Both the position numbers and the translations under genes were made by a program. Positions 7,419-11,614 of a stretch of 11,614 nt of DNA are shown piece after piece (within the stretch, counting starts at the first letter, position 1; each line of letters opens with the position of its first letter). A model generated the notes under the pieces. It did not search any database. It worked only from the letters and a program-made list of their open reading frames with translations, and was not told the origin of the DNA. Source of the DNA: Azolla caroliniana (lineage: Eukaryota > Plantae > Polypodiophyta); NCBI GenBank assembly GCA_043228905.1, contig JBHGNT010001144.1, positions 1-11,614 of the forward strand. The letters run 5' to 3'.

Positions 7419-7448
7419 GAGAATGAGAACGAGAACGAGAACGAGAAC
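7419..7448. repeat. (GAGAAC)5 hexanucleotide microsatellite
   Basis: GAGAAT followed by four GAGAAC units. Confidence 0.9.
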
Positions 7449-7634
7449 GGGCGGGGGCACACATTCATATGACATGGTGGTGTGATTTCTTTCTGTATTT
7501 CCCAGAGTCTTGTGCTTGTGCATGGTGTGGCACACTTAACTACCATGCATGCACAAGTTCATTTGATTTAATATATTATCATCAAACGAATATCCTTATT
7601 TGTTTTTATTCATTTATCATCAATCCTTTGGCTC

Positions 7635-7667
7635 CTTCTTCTTCTTCTTCTTCTTCTTCTTCTTCTT
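7635..7667. repeat. (CTT)11 microsatellite, likely 5' UTR or proximal promoter
   Basis: Eleven perfect CTT units. Related TGCATCTTC x3 at 7731-7760 and a C-rich run at 7773-7791 lie nearby. Confidence 0.95.
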
Positions 7668-7820
7668 TGAACCCAACAAATAAAGAGAGAAGAAAATCCA
7701 ATGAATTAATTAATTGTATTTAGTATCACTTGCATCTTCTGCATCTTCTTCTGCATCTTCAGGATCCTGATTCCCCTCCCCCCCCCTCCCCAAACATAAC
7801 CAAACTAAATAATTAAATCC

Positions 7821-8090
7821 ATGTGGGTTTGCCATCACTATACAGATTATATGTTGATGATGATCTCTTCACTGCCCACACAAAATGCTTGTGTTTCATC
7901 GTGTTGGGCGATCAGAACTCACCCTAAATTTAGAGTTTCTTTCATTTCTTCTCTGCAGACGAAGAAGACATATGTGAAAAGATTCGATCTCCTATCTCTG
8001 AGAGCCACGGCGAACGGAATCAGTGTAGATGATCTCCATCCGAAAGTGGATATTGTTAATGGATCTGAGAGCACTAGCTATACTTCTCCG
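7821..8090 (+). CDS. Putative first coding exon (plastid transit-peptide-like) of an S1 RNA-binding protein gene
   Basis: ATG at 7821 (alternative 7851). The N-terminus is Ser/Thr/Arg/Lys-rich and acid-poor, ending ...LSLRATA. A phase-0 donor CCG|GTGAGC at 8091 is followed by a T-rich intron. Confidence 0.6.
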
Positions 8091-8341
8091 GTGAGCATTT
8101 TCTGTCTTTCCATACATATAATAAATATTGTCTACTTTCTTATTTTGGGTTTTCGGATTTTTTTCCCCCTCTTTGTGACTATCTCCTTTAGACCTCTTCT
8201 CTTAGCATTTTCTGTCTTCCTCTACATATAAACCAAGTTTTTATGCACGAAAAATAAATAGAAGCGACTAAAGAATCCTGTTATTTATACATATAAGATG
8301 CTTAAGCCAGTTAGATTGTAATTCTCTCGGTCTCTCTCCAG

Positions 8342-8395
8342 CATGGGATGATCCAAAATGGAGAAACTGCTGAAGTGAAGGAAACACCTGTGATG
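8342..8395 (+). CDS. Putative second coding exon of the same gene
   Basis: Strong acceptor TCTCTCTCCAG| at 8341; reads HGMIQNGETAEVKETPVM in phase 0; candidate donor ATG|GTGGGA. The 3' boundary is uncertain. Confidence 0.45.
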
Positions 8396-10973
8396 GTGGG
8401 AGATAATGGTCTTTTTATGTGAATGAAAAAGATGGTGAGGTTCTCTTCCACAACGCGGGGGTCTATGTGCATGACAAAATTGCTATTGCCTGATTCATTT
8501 TAACCCCTTTGCAGTGTCTTGGTTGAGATCCCACTTGTGTAGCCTGCGATTGACTCGTAGCATGAGTAACAGCAATGAGGCTAAATAAATATGTGAAAAT
8601 TGACCTCTTTAAATAAGTGCAATGTCTTTTGGATGCTATAATCCTCGTATTGTTTTCTAGGTAAAAAGATACATTATATGTCAGGTTTTAATGAGCCATG
8701 TTGAGTATGCTTCTAGTCTTAAGGAAGATAAACTAGATTTTCAAACCATATTGAGGTTTCCCATTATTGATCTAATAATAAGATAATAAGTGCAAAAGTG
8801 GGCGTGTGGTAGGAATCAGAGAAAATGACATTGATGCTCTTGTATCAAAAGATCTATATCTCAAAAGGCAGATATGAAACAAGTTTCTATATTTGTTTAT
8901 TGTTGTGAATATGGAAAGTTTCACACCTAAGATGGTGCCCACAAAATATTCCGGTGAGACATTTGAGGAATCGAGTACACTGGATAATGAAAAGGTGCAT
9001 GTTTGGACTCTAGAATAGAGGGGGTCAGTTTTGACAAATTTGGTGGATTTTGGGAAGGTAACAAATAAAAAATTACATCATTCTGGAATTACTGAACAAC
9101 TATTTCGTTTCAGAAAGATTGAATGATGGTATAGGAACTACTGGTTGAAGGATGAGTGGAGATCTAGATCTGCTTGAACAATTTTTTTTTTTAAACTCAA
9201 ATGGTAAAATTGAGGGAGTAGATCTGGAGGATGTAATTGGCATGGTGCCTCCCAGTGATATAGTTTTGCTTCAGCCATTGTATATAGCCCTCTATTATAC
9301 TTTCCTCAGAATTAAAACCACTCAGTAATTCTGAGGGAGAGATAATATATCTAGAAGAAGAAAGAAAGACGTGGATGGTTCAGATTGATGAATCCCGGAT
9401 CCTATTGTCAAATCAAGAGATAAGATTTTAGCATATAAAAGATGTTGTATATTTTACATAGTCACAGTGAAGACAGGCTAGAAGTTTTTGTCCAAGGTTA
9501 CTTTCAGCAAAATCAGGGCAAAGTAAATAGTATAAGGTGAATGGGAGGGCTGGAAAGGAAATTCGAATGAGCTTGCAACACTTGCAGCAGAATTGTATGG
9601 GCTGGAGCAATCCATGGTGGTTTGGGTATTCAGATTTAGCTCTCAAAAGATCATTTTTCTGAACAAATTGGATAACAATTCAGACATTGGATTGTCTGGT
9701 TTAAAGTTGGAGTTAGATGAGCAGAACTAGGGCCAAGAAACTGAATGATGCATTCTTAATCGGTAGAGTATAGAGATGTGGTATCAATAATTCAATAGTT
9801 CAGTCACTTAAAATTCTCAATGCTTGAGTTGATGTATAAGAAAGGCTTGGGAGAATGGCTCAGTGAAGTCTTTCTGGCATTAATTTGATGCGTGGGAGGA
9901 AATGTTTGGCTTTTACAAAAAAGGAACATCATAAATCGTTTTCTGCAAGGGTTTAGATTTAGTGTCAATAGTCAGCTACAAATGATCCATGCCAATCATC
10001 TTTAGAAAGATGGAAGGCCAAAGTGTTTTGGAGGATCATCCTACTTCATTTTGACAGACGATGACTCTAATAGATGATGTGGGTATAATTCCTGAGAAAA
10101 TGAATGTCAAAGACCAATCGAGTAGGAGAATTCCTCTAGGATCAGTTTGAGAAGTGTCATGCCAAGGAAGCACTTAAGGCAATACTGTTTATCTTACAAG
10201 AAATGATTATCACAAGAGGGTGCTTATGTGGCCGAAATGTTCCAATGGTTCTAATGCATGCGATCCTCATCAAAGTTTTCATATCCATCATTTTTTCCTG
10301 GTGTCTTCGGATCATCCATCAATTTGTTTGTATGTCTGGGTTCCAATTTTTTTCAGGATCAGATTAAACTTTGTTGCTTGTCAGTTAAAAACGACATGGC
10401 AGCACTAATCCTCTCTCATTGCTACCACATCTGGTCTTGTAGACTGGATCTCTTTTTTTTGTACACATAATATACGATTTTGTACATACCATTGCTTCAT
10501 TAAAAAAACCATCAACAAGTAGCCACAATTTGATCTTCATTCTTGGGGAAATTTTAATTTTTTCTCATGTTGGCTTGTGTATTGTGGGAAAGCTATTTTT
10601 TCTTGTAAAGAAATATAAGCAGTTCATACTTGGAAGTTCAAAAACTCTAATTCTATTATTGTTGTCTTGGGAAATAAAAGTGTTATTTTCTCTTGACATT
10701 GAGATTTAGAAATACCCTGCAAAAGAAAATGTGATTCTATATCTTTAATTCAGGGTATTTCATAAAATTCATATGGATGAGGATTGAAACTGAATTTTCT
10801 TGATTTCAAATATTGTCTGCAAGGTCTGCAAGAATGAATAAAAAAACAGAGAGAGTGGTCATGTGTGGTGCATCTTTGTTACATGCTTAATTTGATTCAT
10901 TCATGCTTATTTAAGTAGATTCAAAAGTGTGCTCGGCATTCAACACTCACATGAGAGTCTTTTGAAGGATTAG

Positions 10974-11133
10974 AGAGATGAGGACTGGGAAAAAGTCCTT
11001 AGATTGCAAGAATCTGGTGCCTTGGAAAATGTAAAAGTTGAAGGATGCAACAATGGAGGTCTGATAGTGCGGTTTGGATCAATTGCTGGATTTCTGCCCT
11101 TCTCTCAAATAGGAAGCAATCGGTCTCCAGAAG
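10974..11133 (+). CDS. Exon encoding the first half of an S1 (OB-fold) RNA-binding domain; ribosomal protein S1-like, resembling chloroplast SRRP1/At3g23700-type proteins
   Basis: RDEDWEKVLRLQESGALENVKVEGCNNGGLIVRFGSIAGFLPFSQIGSNRSPE matches the S1 signature V-x-x-x-N-x-GGL-i-V-x-x-x-x-x-x-GFLP-x-SQ. The donor is GAAG|GTTGGT at 11134. The 5' boundary is uncertain and the gene continues beyond the window. Confidence 0.85.
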
Positions 11134-11414
11134 GTTGGTTTCCTGTATGTGCTTGTTTAGAGTGAGAGTTAGAATGAAAAACCATCTTATCTATGAGTAA
11201 AAACTTTTGCAAATATCAAATTTGGTAGACAAATTTTACCGCCCTAGAACAATGCTGTGTATACCCCAGTCTGATTCATGTTGGCCACATATACAGCATC
11301 ATACCAGACCACAATGATATTACCATAGTCATCAAGGAGCAGGATCAGGGAATGGGAACAGAAACAGGCACAGGCACAGGCATGCCACACCACAAAGCAA
11401 AAAGTAGGGGAGTG

Positions 11415-11488
11415 GTATTATAAAATAGAATCTATGGAGTTTAGATGAGATGTATTATAAAATAGAATTTATGGGGTTTAGATCAGAC
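11415..11488. repeat. Intronic 37-bp tandem duplication (2 copies)
   Basis: GTATTATAAAATAGAATCTATGGAGTTTAGATGAGAT versus GTATTATAAAATAGAATTTATGGGGTTTAGATCAGAC, 33/37 identical. Confidence 0.9.
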
Positions 11489-11614
11489 CGCCTATCTTTT
11501 CTCAAAAGGCATGGAATGTAGTAGACAATGTACATAAAACATAGTTTGTGTTGGCATTTAAAAGGGATCTGAAATGTCAAAACTCTCATTAAAGATCATA
11601 GAAGCTCTGAAATT

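Noticed and set aside
6896-7723. Short ORFs with VLVLVL or poly-Ser runs
   Set aside because: The low-complexity peptides come from the (GAGAAC)n and (CTT)n microsatellites in a promoter/UTR-like region.
8091-8231. Hydrophobic C-terminus of ORF 7821..8231 as a membrane anchor
   Set aside because: It is read-through into a T-rich intron after the GTGAGC donor.
9428-10470. ORFs 9428-9646 (-), 10220-10408 and 10258-10470 (+)
   Set aside because: They are short, lie in probable intron sequence and have no recognisable motifs.

Overview
Eukaryotic land-plant DNA, most consistent with a bryophyte such as a moss (inferred from the TE types, not proven). Bases 1-~6630 are a nested retrotransposon graveyard. 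An old chromovirus integrase (5534-6391, +) is interrupted by a Ty1/Copia element (3312-5533, -; 5' LTR, iMet PBS, gag, protease). The Copia carries a clean solo LTR with a 5-bp TSD (4450-4918) and a younger chromodomain-bearing Ty3/Gypsy element (1-3311, +). In that Gypsy, the integrase core is replaced by a 5'-truncated L1-type LINE (625-2263, -). A decayed Gypsy-type protease remnant follows (~6400-6625, -). From ~7000 onward lie a promoter-like region with microsatellites and the 5' part of a spliced, probably plastid-targeted S1 RNA-binding protein gene (+), whose exon structure is only partly resolvable. The most unusual feature is the Gypsy 3' LTR (2868-3311). Its U3 holds an antisense, roughly tRNA-length, tRNA-Val-like segment with a Pol III B-box, followed by a phased heat-shock-element array directly upstream of the TATA box.
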